This document shows, piece after piece, positions 49,571 to 58,899 of a DNA stretch of 64,000 nt. The translations under genes were made by a program, and so were the position numbers. The stretch lies in contig NC_058369.1 of NCBI RefSeq assembly GCF_018350175.1, forward strand, positions 7,504,001 to 7,568,000, written 5' to 3'. Every line of letters begins with the position of its first letter. Position 1 is the stretch's first letter. Under the pieces are notes generated by a model. That model worked only from the letters and a program-made list of their open reading frames with translations, was not told where the DNA came from and made no database searches. Source of the stretch: Felis catus (lineage: Eukaryota).

Positions 49571-50753
49571 GGGGGACTGAGCTCACCCTAGGGAGCGATT
49601 TCCAGGAGGCTCTAGCCCAGCCTCTCTCAGACCAGGGATGCCACTTGAGGGACCACAACCTTCCCAAACCCCTGGGCGCCCCCAACCGCGAACCCTGTGG
49701 GGCGGAGCTCGGCGTCCAGCCAAAAGCGCGCAGCTGGGCGTGCGTCAGCGCTGACTCACCCGTCCGCCGGCCCCCGGGACCCTTGGGGCCCCTGAGAAAT
49801 TCCTCGGGAAAAACACCCGCAGCTCGCTCGGCTGGGGGGAGCAACTTCCACTTCCGCCCCCGCCCGCGCTCCGCCCCGCCCCGCCCCGCGCCCCGCCCCG
49901 CCTCGCCCCTCACCGCGGCCCTCCCGAGGCCCTGTCCATGGTGCTGATCGCGGCTCTGGGGAGCGCGGGGTGGGGGGAGGGGGGAGAAGTGGGGACAGAG
50001 GAGGTGGGCGCGCGCCAATTGGAGGCAGAGGAGGGAGAGGAAGAATAGGATGCAGCCATTAGGGGAGATGGAAAGGAAACTCTGAGTCCCCGATTAGCCC
50101 CCTCCCTTACTCGTCCCCACTCATCTTCACCCCCAAAATCACCCACTCACGTCCTCATGGGCGATTGTTTACGCCCCAGAATCACAACCGACCCTCATCG
50201 GGTCACCCAAAGACAAACAATCATACGCGTAACACTCACACGATTATTCTCTTAGGTCAGCCCCACACAGACACACCCACAACTGACAATCACCATACCC
50301 TTGGCCAGGAATCACCCATCACCCACATTCATACAATAGTCGTCAACTCCCACACCCACTTTCCCACACACGATTTCACTTCAAATGGCCTCACACACAC
50401 ATTGCCGCACACACAACTCTAGGTCGCATTCATTCCAACGCATCCACCAGTAAAACACGGCCACACATTTCCCCCCTCCCGCCAGCTGTCACACCCACAA
50501 ATCGCCCAGAGTCTGACACGCGAGCCCGAACACAATACCCTATCCACGCGCAACGCGCACGCCCCCCCTGCACGCCCCCCCCCCATTCCTGACTCCACCC
50601 CATCTTTAGGACCTCGTTAGATCCTGCACCGGGGTCCTTTTCCTATCTCCTCCCTCCGGACTCACCGGCCTGCGTCCGGAGCAGAAGCTGCAGCGAGGCC
50701 AGGAGCAGGCAGAGGCCGGCCCGCGGCTGGCTCAGGCCTCGGCGACTCCCCAT
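15811..50753 (-). CDS. COL5A3: Collagen alpha-3(V) chain precursor, complete 67-exon CDS, 1747 aa
   Basis: Exons in transcript order, all GT-AG and phase-consistent: 50666-50753,46637-46795,46353-46542,46121-46277,45424-45528,44946-45104,43027-43140,42766-42912,41667-41714,41552-41593,41175-41237,40737-40811,40557-40640,40318-40374,40173-40226,39925-39978,39045-39098,38910-38963,38672-38725,38284-38328,38123-38176,37896-37940,37682-37735,37496-37540,36519-36572,36380-36424,36182-36235,34649-34693,34479-34532,34229-34336,33734-33787,30747-30800,30236-30280,29927-29980,29771-29815,29342-29395,29189-29242,29046-29099,28803-28910,28549-28638,28236-28289,27316-27423,27092-27199,26942-26995,26441-26494,25692-25799,25564-25617,25307-25360,25138-25191,24948-25001,24288-24395,23633-23686,23417-23470,23066-23119,22876-22929,22596-22703,22396-22449,21890-21943,21585-21692,21222-21275,21106-21141,20606-20659,19809-20016,19608-19720,18000-18068,16039-16278,15811-15957. 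Sum 5244 nt. Signal peptide, TSPN/PARP domain, basic variable region, 45/54/108-nt Gly-X-Y exons, and a COLFI C-propeptide ending [12 protein letters not shown]. Confidence 0.97.
16450..16835. mobile_element. hAT-Charlie DNA transposon remnant (MER3/MER33-like) in COL5A3 intron 65
   Basis: acgtggctaccgagcactcgaaatgtggcc signature followed by an AT-rich body. Confidence 0.55.
20606..41714 (-). CDS. COL5A3: COL5A3 exons 9-62, minor and major triple-helical (Gly-X-Y) domains
   Basis: Major-helix exons are 36/45/54/90/108 nt, each opening with a Gly codon after an ag acceptor; typical fibrillar collagen exon architecture. Confidence 0.96.
20715..20757. repeat. (CA)n microsatellite, COL5A3 intron 61
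   Basis: Direct inspection. Confidence 0.95.
27560..28030 (+). mobile_element. L2 3'-end remnant
   Basis: cagggcctttgcacatgctattccctctgcctggaacac...ctcagctcaaatgtcacc. Confidence 0.65.
29525..29680 (-). mobile_element. MIR
   Basis: cccattttatagagggggaaactgaggcccagagaggtggagtgactcgcccaaggtcacgcag core. Confidence 0.8.
29719..29762. repeat. (AC)n microsatellite next to the exon 35 donor
   Basis: Direct inspection. Confidence 0.95.
30403..30446. repeat. (AC)n microsatellite, intron 32
   Basis: Direct inspection. Confidence 0.95.
31612..31827 (-). mobile_element. SINEC inserted into a MIR (COL5A3 intron 31)
   Basis: TSD tggtgaagattaaa / tggtgaggattaaa; MIR-like sequence on both sides. Confidence 0.88.
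32011..32215 (+). mobile_element. SINEC inserted into a MaLR LTR remnant (about 31935-32410)
   Basis: SINE head and tail; flanks carry MaLR-like tgctatggactgaatgtttgtgtcccctcaaaattcatatgttgaagcc and ctgtgagaaataaatttctgttg. Confidence 0.8.
33025..33365 (-). mobile_element. SINEC plus adjacent partial SINE
   Basis: (GA)n, gaatcccaagcaggctcc body; second truncated tail at about 33280-33365. Confidence 0.8.
35202..35437. repeat. About 97-bp tandem repeat, roughly 2.4 copies, COL5A3 intron 27
   Basis: actgagctca starts at 35202, 35299 and 35397; the first two units are highly similar. Confidence 0.85.
39347..39592 (+). mobile_element. Young felid SINE in COL5A3 intron 16
   Basis: Full-length, (TAAAAA)n tail, TSD aaaagttgtctgga / aaaattgtctgga. 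Confidence 0.92.
42766..45104 (-). CDS. COL5A3: COL5A3 exons 6-8, variable region (basic Lys/Arg exon, Thr/Pro-rich exon, acidic exon)
   Basis: Exon 6 [39 protein letters not shown]...; exon 7 [11 protein letters not shown]...; exon 8 [11 protein letters not shown]...QFQIFS; 159/114/147 nt, phase 0. Confidence 0.9.
43685..44700. repeat. Degenerate minisatellite rich in (A/G)TGACC and CTAAT, COL5A3 intron 6
   Basis: caatgacccc / ccagtgacc / actaat recur every 20-40 bp; strongly C/A-skewed. Confidence 0.7.
45424..46795 (-). CDS. COL5A3: COL5A3 exons 2-5, TSPN/laminin-G-like (PARP) N-propeptide domain
   Basis: [10 protein letters not shown]...[12 protein letters not shown]...[11 protein letters not shown]...[29 protein letters not shown]; exons 159/190/157/105 nt. 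Confidence 0.95.
48145..48315. repeat. (GATA)n tetranucleotide (48145-48211) and (CA)n (48276-48315) microsatellites, COL5A3 intron 1
   Basis: Direct inspection. Confidence 0.95.
49530..49569. repeat. (GT)n microsatellite, COL5A3 intron 1
   Basis: Direct inspection. Confidence 0.95.
49928..49948 (-). promoter_or_regulatory. REST/NRSF RE1 element
   Basis: Minus strand ATCAGCACCATGGACAGGGCC against the RE1 consensus TTCAGCACCACGGACAGCGCC; both half-sites and the spacing are intact. Confidence 0.8.
50666..50753 (-). CDS. COL5A3: COL5A3 exon 1 (signal peptide [29 protein letters not shown])
   Basis: ATG at 50753 in cgggATGG context; 88 nt; G|gtgagt donor. Confidence 0.93.
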
Positions 50754-51060
50754 CCCGGCGGGCCCCACACGCAAGGCGGGGACCGGCCGGGGCGTCTACG
50801 GGGCGCGGCGTCTCCTCGGGCTCCGTGCGCTCACTTGCCGCGGCCGGCTCCACTCGGGATCGGCAGGAGACTGCGGGAGACCCCGCCCTGGCCTCGCCCT
50901 GCGCTCCAGAGCCCGGCCGGGCGGGGCTCGCTGGAGGGAGGGGGGGGGTGGCTGACAGCTGGTGGGGGAGTTGGGAAAGTTTGTGCTGAGTGCTGATTGG
51001 CCGGCCAAGGCCGGAGCCCTGGGCAAGGAGCTGGGTCCTCTATGCCCCACCCCACAGTGG
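50754..51060 (-). promoter_or_regulatory. COL5A3 5'UTR and TATA-less CpG-rich proximal promoter with CCAAT box and GC boxes
   Basis: ATTGG at 50996-51000 (CCAAT on minus); ccccgccc at about 50881; CpG-rich. Confidence 0.7.
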
Positions 51061-51528
51061 AGGAAAAGGGTCACTCCCACCCAGCCTTAGAATTCGGGGT
51101 CCCAGACTTACCCCAAACTCTTTCCTCCTAACAGGCTCCCTCAAGGGAAGTCTGAGCCTCATTCAAACCTTCAGCCTCCATCCAAGCCCTGGAATTAAGG
51201 GGTATAGCTTTGTACCAAATCTATTCTGTCTCACCCAGGCCCCCAAATGGGGTTCCAGCCTGATGCCCAATTCTCACTCATTTCCTTTGCCCCAGTGCTT
51301 AGTCTCACTATGAAAGGTACCAGCTTCATCCCAAGGCCTTCCCTTCAGGTGTCTAAATAGAGAATCCTGGTCCCACCTCCAACCTCACCCCAGATTACAA
51401 AGTGCGGTTCCCAGCTTTACCCCAAACTCACCTTTCCCCACCTAAATTCCAGAATTGGATGCCCTGGCCTCACCCCCAAACCCTCGACATGCATTCCAAA
51501 ACATAGCTCTCTACTTCCCCCCAAACTC

Positions 51529-51770
51529 TTTTTTTTTTTTTATTTTTTTTCAACGTTTTTATTTATTTTTGGGACAGAGAGAGACAGAGCATGAACGGGG
51601 GAGGGTCAGAGAGAGAGGGAGACACAGAATCGGAAACAGGCTCCAGGCTCCGAGCCATCAGCCCAGAGCCATCAGCCCAGAGCCTGACGCGGGGCTCGAA
51701 CTCACGGACCTCGAGATCGTGACCTGGCTGAAGTCGGAAGCTTAACCGACTGCGCCACCCAGGCGCCCCC
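51529..51770 (-). mobile_element. Young felid SINE between the COL5A3 and RDH8 promoters
   Basis: Full-length, TSD ccccccaaactctt / ccccccaactctt; internal 14-bp duplication. Confidence 0.92.
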
Positions 51771-52867
51771 CCCCCAACTCTTAACCTTGAAACAAAGGGT
51801 CCCATCTCCATCTCTAGCCTTCCTCTCCCCTCTCCCTGACTCAGGTCCCCAAATGGATGGCCTAGCCCCAATTCCAAATCTTCACATATGCCCCTATTAA
51901 ATGGGGGAGTCTTGCCCTATCTGAAAACAGGGCACTGCAGCAGGGGGAGGTAGCGGGGAGGTGGATCCCTGCCACGTCTGGGGTGAGGCAGAGCTGTCTC
52001 TCATCCTACTGGGACCCCCCACTGTGAAGTTCCCTCCCCCCCCCCAGGGGGGTCACATGGAGCTGTCTGTGCAATTGAACAAGCACAGACTTGCAGGATC
52101 TCAGGGTGCTTCTGCAAGGAGGAACCCAAGGGGCGTATCCTGGGCCCTAAACTGCCCCACCATGGGGAAGAGGGAGAAGCCGGCAGTGTCTCCCTCCCAG
52201 GCTCTGGCTCCACGGACAAAGAGTCTCTGTGTCCCTGGAGAGGAGGGGTGGGGCCCCATCTGGCCTGAGGGTGAAATGGGGGCTGTGGGGTGGGGAGAGA
52301 GAGGGAATCTCCCCAAGCTGCTCCTCCTCCCTCCTCAGGGACCTTGAGGCTAAGACTTCTGCTAAAAGATTCTCATAAAGATACTGCCCTGCCCTGCCCT
52401 GCCCTGCCTTGCTGGGAAGTTCTTCCTAGTCTAAGCCCATCTTCGGACATATCTATGCCCATTCCCCTTTTTGAAAGGACCTTTCTGGGACCACACTCAC
52501 TGTCATTTTCTCTCATTCTCTCCCTCCAATCAGAGATTCTTTGCCCAGAATAGAGACAGAAAGGGAATACCCCTGCTAGTTCCCCCAGCCCTAAATAATT
52601 TGAAATCATAATAAAAAGACCCTAGTTATGAGTGTAGCAGTGAGGAGAAGAAATTTTTCACAGATAAAGGAAAGAGGCTATTTTGAGGTTAAAGGTTTCC
52701 TCCCAGCTGCCTGTCCAGGGTCCGTTCGGAATTGGCATCATCTGGGACCCCTTCGCCTTGCGGGGAATCCGTTGGAGGGTGTCTAGGAGGGGGCAGAGGA
52801 GCCAAGGGATGGGTGGCAGGAGTCAGGTGCTGGCCAGCAGAGGTCACCCATCCAGGGAGGGATCAAC

Positions 52868-55031
52868 ATGGCCGACGCACCCCGGACTGTACTGATCTCA
52901 GGCTGCTCGTCGGGAATTGGCCTGGAGCTCGCAGTACAGCTGGCTCATGACCACAGGCAGCGCTACCAAGGTTAGAGGCCCAGGGTGGGGCCGGGAAGGG
53001 CAGGGGTGGGCACGGCTCTGAGGACCTTCAGCCGTCCTGGCACTATTTCCACTAGCCCATCCCTTCAGCTGTATTTGTGGGCTTGAGGAGGACCCAGGAC
53101 ACATGGAGGCCCCCTTCCCACCTCTGCTCAGGAATCACCCCTTCATCCAACCAATATTTCTTGTGCACCTACTGGGCACCAGGCACCAGTCAAGGTGCTG
53201 GAAACACAGCTCTGAACAAAATAGACAAAAATCTCTGCCCCGAGCAGTGGTGTGAGGGAGGAGAGGGAGAACAGACAATAAACAGATTTTAAAATTGTAT
53301 AATATGTCTAGTGCCAATAAGTGCTAAGAAGCAAACTAAAACAAGGGTAGAGTGTGGTAGGAAGTGGGAGGTTGGTGATATTTTTTAAAGGGCTGGTGGG
53401 GAGGGCTTCCCGGAGGCTCCACTTGGCATTCCCTAGGACTCCCCTCCCCCACCCCTCCCCTGATTACCGCTCCGAAATAAGCCTCTTAAGTGACCCTGAC
53501 CTTGGGGGCTTAAGGGGGTGGGTGGGGGGGCTCTAAATCTAGGGACCTGGCCTCCTGCAACTCTGGAGTAAAGTGCCCCAGTCTGCACCCCCCCCCCCCC
53601 CCGGGAACCTCTGACCCAGAGCACGCTGGAGCTGAAGTGGGCACAGGGCCACTACGTAAGAGGAGGTTGCAGGGGGCAGGGGCATTGCCCCAGTTGGCGG
53701 GGCTGATTCTCCCAGCCCTCTGCCCTCTGTCTTAGACACACACACAGCTTTGGGTGTGACAGTCTGAGGGCCAGGGTGCAAGGAAGCCATAGCACTGTAT
53801 GTGTCTCTGTGCACACGCAGTGAGTGTGTAAAACTGCTGAAGGATGTTTATTCAATCACTTCCCGGCCTTTTGGCGAAGATCAGGTGTGAAGGATGTTTA
53901 CCGAGTGCTTACAATGTGCCAGGTTCTGATCAAAGTGTCGCGCGTCAGGTGTATCAGTTAATCCCCGTATCACCTCTATGAGGTGGCCATTACCATTAGC
54001 TCCATCTTAGAAATGATGCACAATGAGGCACATTGGGCCAAAGATCCTTGCCCAAGGTCGCCCAGCTGGAAAGTGGCAGAGCCCGGATTTGAACCCAGGC
54101 AACCCAGTCCCTGTGGCCACACTCGTCACTGTATGTAGATGCATGTGGTCCCATTCATCTGTGCAACACCCATGAATCACACGGGCCCACGGATCACGTG
54201 AAAGTGCCCACCAGGGCTGTGCATGTGTGATTGTGGGTACATGCACGAGGGGTACAAACAGGTACACAGGTATTTAAGCTCAGCACGCCAACAAACCCAG
54301 GTTGTTGTAGGGGCGGGACACACGAGGAACTTCACTTTGCTGAGCCTCAGTGTGTCAGCCACTTCACCTACTTGTCCTGGCTTCTATTGCTAAGTAGCAA
54401 ATCATCCCAAAACTTATGGTGTAATAGAACAACTGTAATCATCTGTGTCTCATGCTTTACAAAGGCCATAAATTTGGAAGGGCTCGGCCAGGCAGTTCTG
54501 GCTCAGGGTCAAAAGCTACAACTGGAACAGCGCGGGGTAGTCATGGGCCTGGGCAGGCATGAACCTCAGGGCTTCTCCATGTGGTCCCTCTATCTGGCTA
54601 GTTTGGGCTTCCTCCCAGCAAGGTAGTCTCGGGATAGCTGGGCCGCTACAAGGTGGCTGAAGATGTCGAGAGTGAACGTTACAGCAAACAAGGCAGAAAC
54701 TGCAGCATCTTCTCTGGCTGAATCCCAGAAGCCATCCAATGTTACCTTCACCCTATTCTATTGACTCCTGGCTAGTCACAAGATTCAAGGAGAGGGACAT
54801 GAGATTTCATGACTTGAGGGGGAGCAGCAAAGTTCTCAAAGAGCGTATGCGATGAAAGATATTGTGGCCATCTTTGGAAAATTAGTCAGTGGCCTAATCA
54901 TAGGGAAGATTAGAGTCCTAATCATTGGAAGGATTAGAGGTTTATAAAAGTGTTCAGCACAGTGTTTGGCACATGGCAGGTATTTAATAAGCTGAAATTT
55001 CTGTGGATGATGGAAACATGGCTATTTGCAT

Positions 55032-55075
<44 letters not shown>

Positions 55076-58000
55076 ACCCTAAGTATGTATTTCTTTCCTC
55101 AAGGCAATATGTTCTATGTTTATTTTATTGGCGTCCTTCCTGGGCTATACATTCTGTGAAGCCAGGGACTTTGCCTATCTCATTTCATGCAATAGTCTCA
55201 GCACCTAGAATAGGGCACAGTGGATACTAAGTAGGTGCTCAGTAAAGGATGGATGAATGAATGGATGAAAGTACATGTAAGTGAATGTACACAAATATGC
55301 ATTTGTGGCCGTGTAGTGAATGTAAGTAGGTAAACCTATGGGTCCCCATCCCTCTGTGACTGTTCATGCAAGATTATGGAAATACATGCAAATGAATGCA
55401 GAGGGAAAAGGAGCCCAGTGCCTGACCCAACACCGGTCTCTGTTCCCAGTGGTGGCCACCATGAGGGACCTGGGAAAGAAGGGGGCACTGGAAGCAGCTG
55501 CTGGAGAGGCTCTGGGGCAGACCCTCACCGTGGCCCAGCTGGACGTGTGCAGTGACGAGTCAGTGGCCCAGTGTCTCAGCTGCATCCAGGGAGGGGAAGT
55601 GGACGTGCTGGGTGAGACCGAACAGCCCCCGGGGGTCACTCCCCTCCCTGCCCTAACCACAGGTCCTCGTCCCAGCGAATCCTCTCCACTGTCTGAGCGC
55701 CAGCTTTCCTGCTTCACCAGAAACCTGTAGCCCTGGACAGAAGGGGTAGACAAGCCGGCTAAAAGCCCAGGGTACCTGTTTATTAAGGATACAAGAATAA
55801 ACTTGAGTCCTGGGTGTAGGATGGATTTTATTGAATAGAACTTCCCACATTTGGAGAAAACCATATGCAGTTGGAAAAATTACTCTGATGAGTCATTTTG
55901 GGGAAAGAGCTTCTGTTGAAGAAGCGACACAAGTTCCCTCAGAGGCTTTTGAAGGAGGGCAGGTGTGGCTGTTTTGACGCAATGTGGGGTCAGAGCTGAA
56001 CGGCTCATGTATTAAGGGGAGGCTGTTCCCAGCAGCCCTTCCCCCCCCCCCACCCAGGGTTCAGGGTCCCTATAACAAATGTTAAACTATATGTAAAAAT
56101 CACCAGGGCTCCACACTCTTCCACTCGAGATACTCTGGCCTGGCCCTGAATTTGGAGCAGGGGATGGGATGATCCAGGGAGTGTCCCCACAGGAGTGGCA
56201 CTAGAAAGGTTTGGGGGACCTCAATGTAACCTCACCCCCCCCCCTTAGTGAATAATGCTGGAGTGGGCCTGGTGGGGCCCTTGGAGGGGCTCAGCCTAGC
56301 TGCCATGCAGAACGTCTTCGATACCAACTTTTTCGGGGCTGTGCGTCTCGTCAGAGCTGTGCTTCCTGGCATGAAGAAAAGGAGAAAGGGCCACATTGTG
56401 GTGGTCAGCAGTGTGATGGGGCTGCAGGGTAAGCCCTGGGGACCCATCCCTGCGAATCCCCCCAGTGTCTGACCCTCCCCAGGCCGGAAGGATGGCAAAT
56501 AGGTTTTAGCTCATACTCCAAATGAGCCTGTGTGGGGAAGGATTCCAAAGCTCTGAAGGAAGAATTTCGGGAAGAGTCTATGTCCACCATACTGTAAGAG
56601 GAGGCAGTGGTCTTACAGATACGGCCAATGGCCATCCACATCCAGGATCAGACCTACTTCCCAACACCTCTACAAGTCTCGCCCATCTCCCCAAACCCGA
56701 AAGAACCGTCAGAACGCCTCTGTGACGTTTTCTTGCCAAACACCTCCAACCAAGCCCTGGCGACGTCTGGCTCTGGGGCTCTGAGGTTCTGCAGAAACGG
56801 GGAGCAGTGATTGCTCAGTGATGTCTGCTACTGGCCTGCTATGGAGACCACCTGTTTGCCATCCAGGCTCCTGGGTCTTTCCTCCTTGAGTCCCTCTAGA
56901 CCCCCTTCCTCCCCAAGGAAACTCCCTGGGATCCGCCCCCCTCCTCAGCAGGCCCCTTAAGGAATCCCCCTTACTTGTTAAGAATCTGATTCTACTACTC
57001 AGCCCCATCTCTTTGGTCCCTCTTCCAGCTGCACCTCCTAACCTCAGGGGCTACATTCCCTCTTCATACAAACAGATAAGAGCCCCAGTGAATCAGACTT
57101 GACTTCAGGGGCCCTGGAAATCCTATGCTCAAGTGGCCCAGAGGTTTAGAGGATGGAGGGAAGAAGGGTTTTCCAGGGCTAAGGACAGGTGGAGCACAGG
57201 GCAACCCAGGACAACCTAATCCTGAGCCCATGTGCTCCCATCACACATACATACACTCACCATGTTGGCCCTCGATAGCCCCTCATCCTGACCTTCAAAC
57301 CCTCTTTGCTCTGTCTCCTGAAGACCCCATGTCCCTCCGGACCCACAAGCCCATCACCCAGACCCCAAAGGGCTCAACCTCCTCCAATCCTCTCAGGTGT
57401 CGTGTTCAATGAAGTCTATGCAGCCTCCAAGTTCGCCCTGGAGGGATTCTTTGAGAGCCTGGCTGTCCAGCTGCTGCAGTTCAACATCTTGTGAGGCGGG
57501 CGTTTGGGTAGTGACGGGGGAACGGGAGACAGTGGTGGGGAAAGACAAGGGAAACGGAGGCAGCGAGGAGGAGTGGGGTGGGAAGGCAGTGATGGTGGGG
57601 AAATGGAATCAGGAACGAGGAAAATGGAGGTATGGGAAGAGGATGGGCGGTACCAGGGGAAGGGCAGTGGGTGGGCTGGGGAACCAGGAAGGATGGGAGA
57701 GCGAGGAGGAGAGGGACGTCAATGGGGCCGCGAGGGGGTCGGGGTACCAGGCCCCGGTGCCCCCCCTATATCCCCAGCATCACCCTGGTGGAACCTGGTC
57801 CAGTGGTCACTGACTTTGAGGGGAAGCTCCTGGAGCAGGTTTCCACGGCCGAGTTCCCAGACACCGACCCTGACACCTTGCACTACTTCCGAGATTTCTA
57901 CCTCCCAGCCTCCAGGGAGCTCTTTCGCTCCGTAGGGCAGAGCCCACAGGATGTGGCCCAGGTGAGTGGGGGGAGGGGGAGCGCAGAGCCCCAAAGACGC

Positions 58001-58300
58001 GGCTGGGGGGGCCGGGATGGGAGGGTGCCCCACCCTGCAAACCCCGCCTCCCTGAATCGAAGAACTCAGGGCTCCACCCCATAGGTCATCGTCAAGGTCA
58101 TCAGTTCACCCAGACCCCCCCTGCGCCGACAGACCAACGCCCGCTACACCCCGCTGGCTGCCCTCAAGGCTGTGGACCCCTCCGGCAGCCTTTACGTGCG
58201 CACCTCCCACCGCCTGCTCTTCCGCTGGACGCGCTTCCTCAACCTTGGCCTCCGATGTCTGGCCTGCGGCTGCCTCCGCATCCGAATATGGCCCCGGTGA
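52868..58300 (+). CDS. RDH8: Retinol dehydrogenase 8 (photoreceptor all-trans-retinol dehydrogenase, SDR family), complete 6-exon CDS, 312 aa
   Basis: Exons 52868-52970, 55450-55611, 56249-56428, 57397-57490, 57778-57961, 58085-58300 (939 nt, GT-AG, phases consistent). Rossmann motif SGCSSGIG, NNAG, catalytic YAASK, C-terminal CLACGCLRIRIWPR*. Confidence 0.97.
53900..54115 (-). mobile_element. MIR
   Basis: ccttgcccaaggtcgcccagctggaaagtggcagagcccggatttgaacccaggc core. Confidence 0.75.
54370..54885. mobile_element. MaLR (MLT1-like) LTR remnant in RDH8 intron 1
   Basis: tctattgctaagtagcaaatcatcccaaaactta...ctagtcacaagattcaaggagagggacat; recognised by eye only. Confidence 0.5.
55034..55073. repeat. 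(AC)n microsatellite, RDH8 intron 1
   Basis: Direct inspection. Confidence 0.95.
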
Positions 58301-58865
58301 GCAGAGCTTCACCCGACCCTCCCCACCTCTGCACAGCCAGGCGTCTTCAGTTCATACCGATCTCAGAGGCCTCTACGGACTCTTCATTCATTCATGCACT
58401 CAGCAACCTGCCTGACCCACTCTGTGCCTGGGCCTTGGTGGGGCCCCAGAAATCCCTCAGCCTCCAGGCACACACACCGCGCCCCCCCCCCCCCCCACCA
58501 TGGTCAGGGCTGGGACAGAAAGAGGGAGCCTTGGACCCTGGGCTGAGGAGCCCAGAGTAGGGAGGCTGGAGCTGTGTCTGGGAAGGCAAGGTAGGCTTCC
58601 TGGAGGAGGGGACATCGTTGCTGGACCTTGAAAGATGAAATAGACTGCCTCATTCAACCTCTGGACTTTATTATCTTGGGCCTGGAAATACAAGGATGAT
58701 CTAAAACGCCCTCTACATAGAACCGAGTTGACTAAGGGGTCTTCAAGACTTTTCCGGTCACACAGCCCATCAGCAAAATGTTTCATGCACTCACCAGCGG
58801 CACATGTATATTTTTTTCATCAGATATATATTTGTTACCACTAGCAATCCCTATATTAAATATTT

Positions 58866-58896
58866 AATAAAGCTCAACTCCCTATGTCTAAATAAA
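58866..58896 (+). terminator. RDH8 polyadenylation signals (two AATAAA)
   Basis: AATAAA at 58866-58871 and 58891-58896, about 570 nt after the stop. Confidence 0.65.
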
Positions 58897-58899
58897 AAA

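Noticed and set aside
49910..49939. Perfect Kozak accATGG on the minus strand in COL5A3 intron 1
   Set aside because: Gives only MDRASGGPR*; the sequence is explained as the core of the RE1 element.
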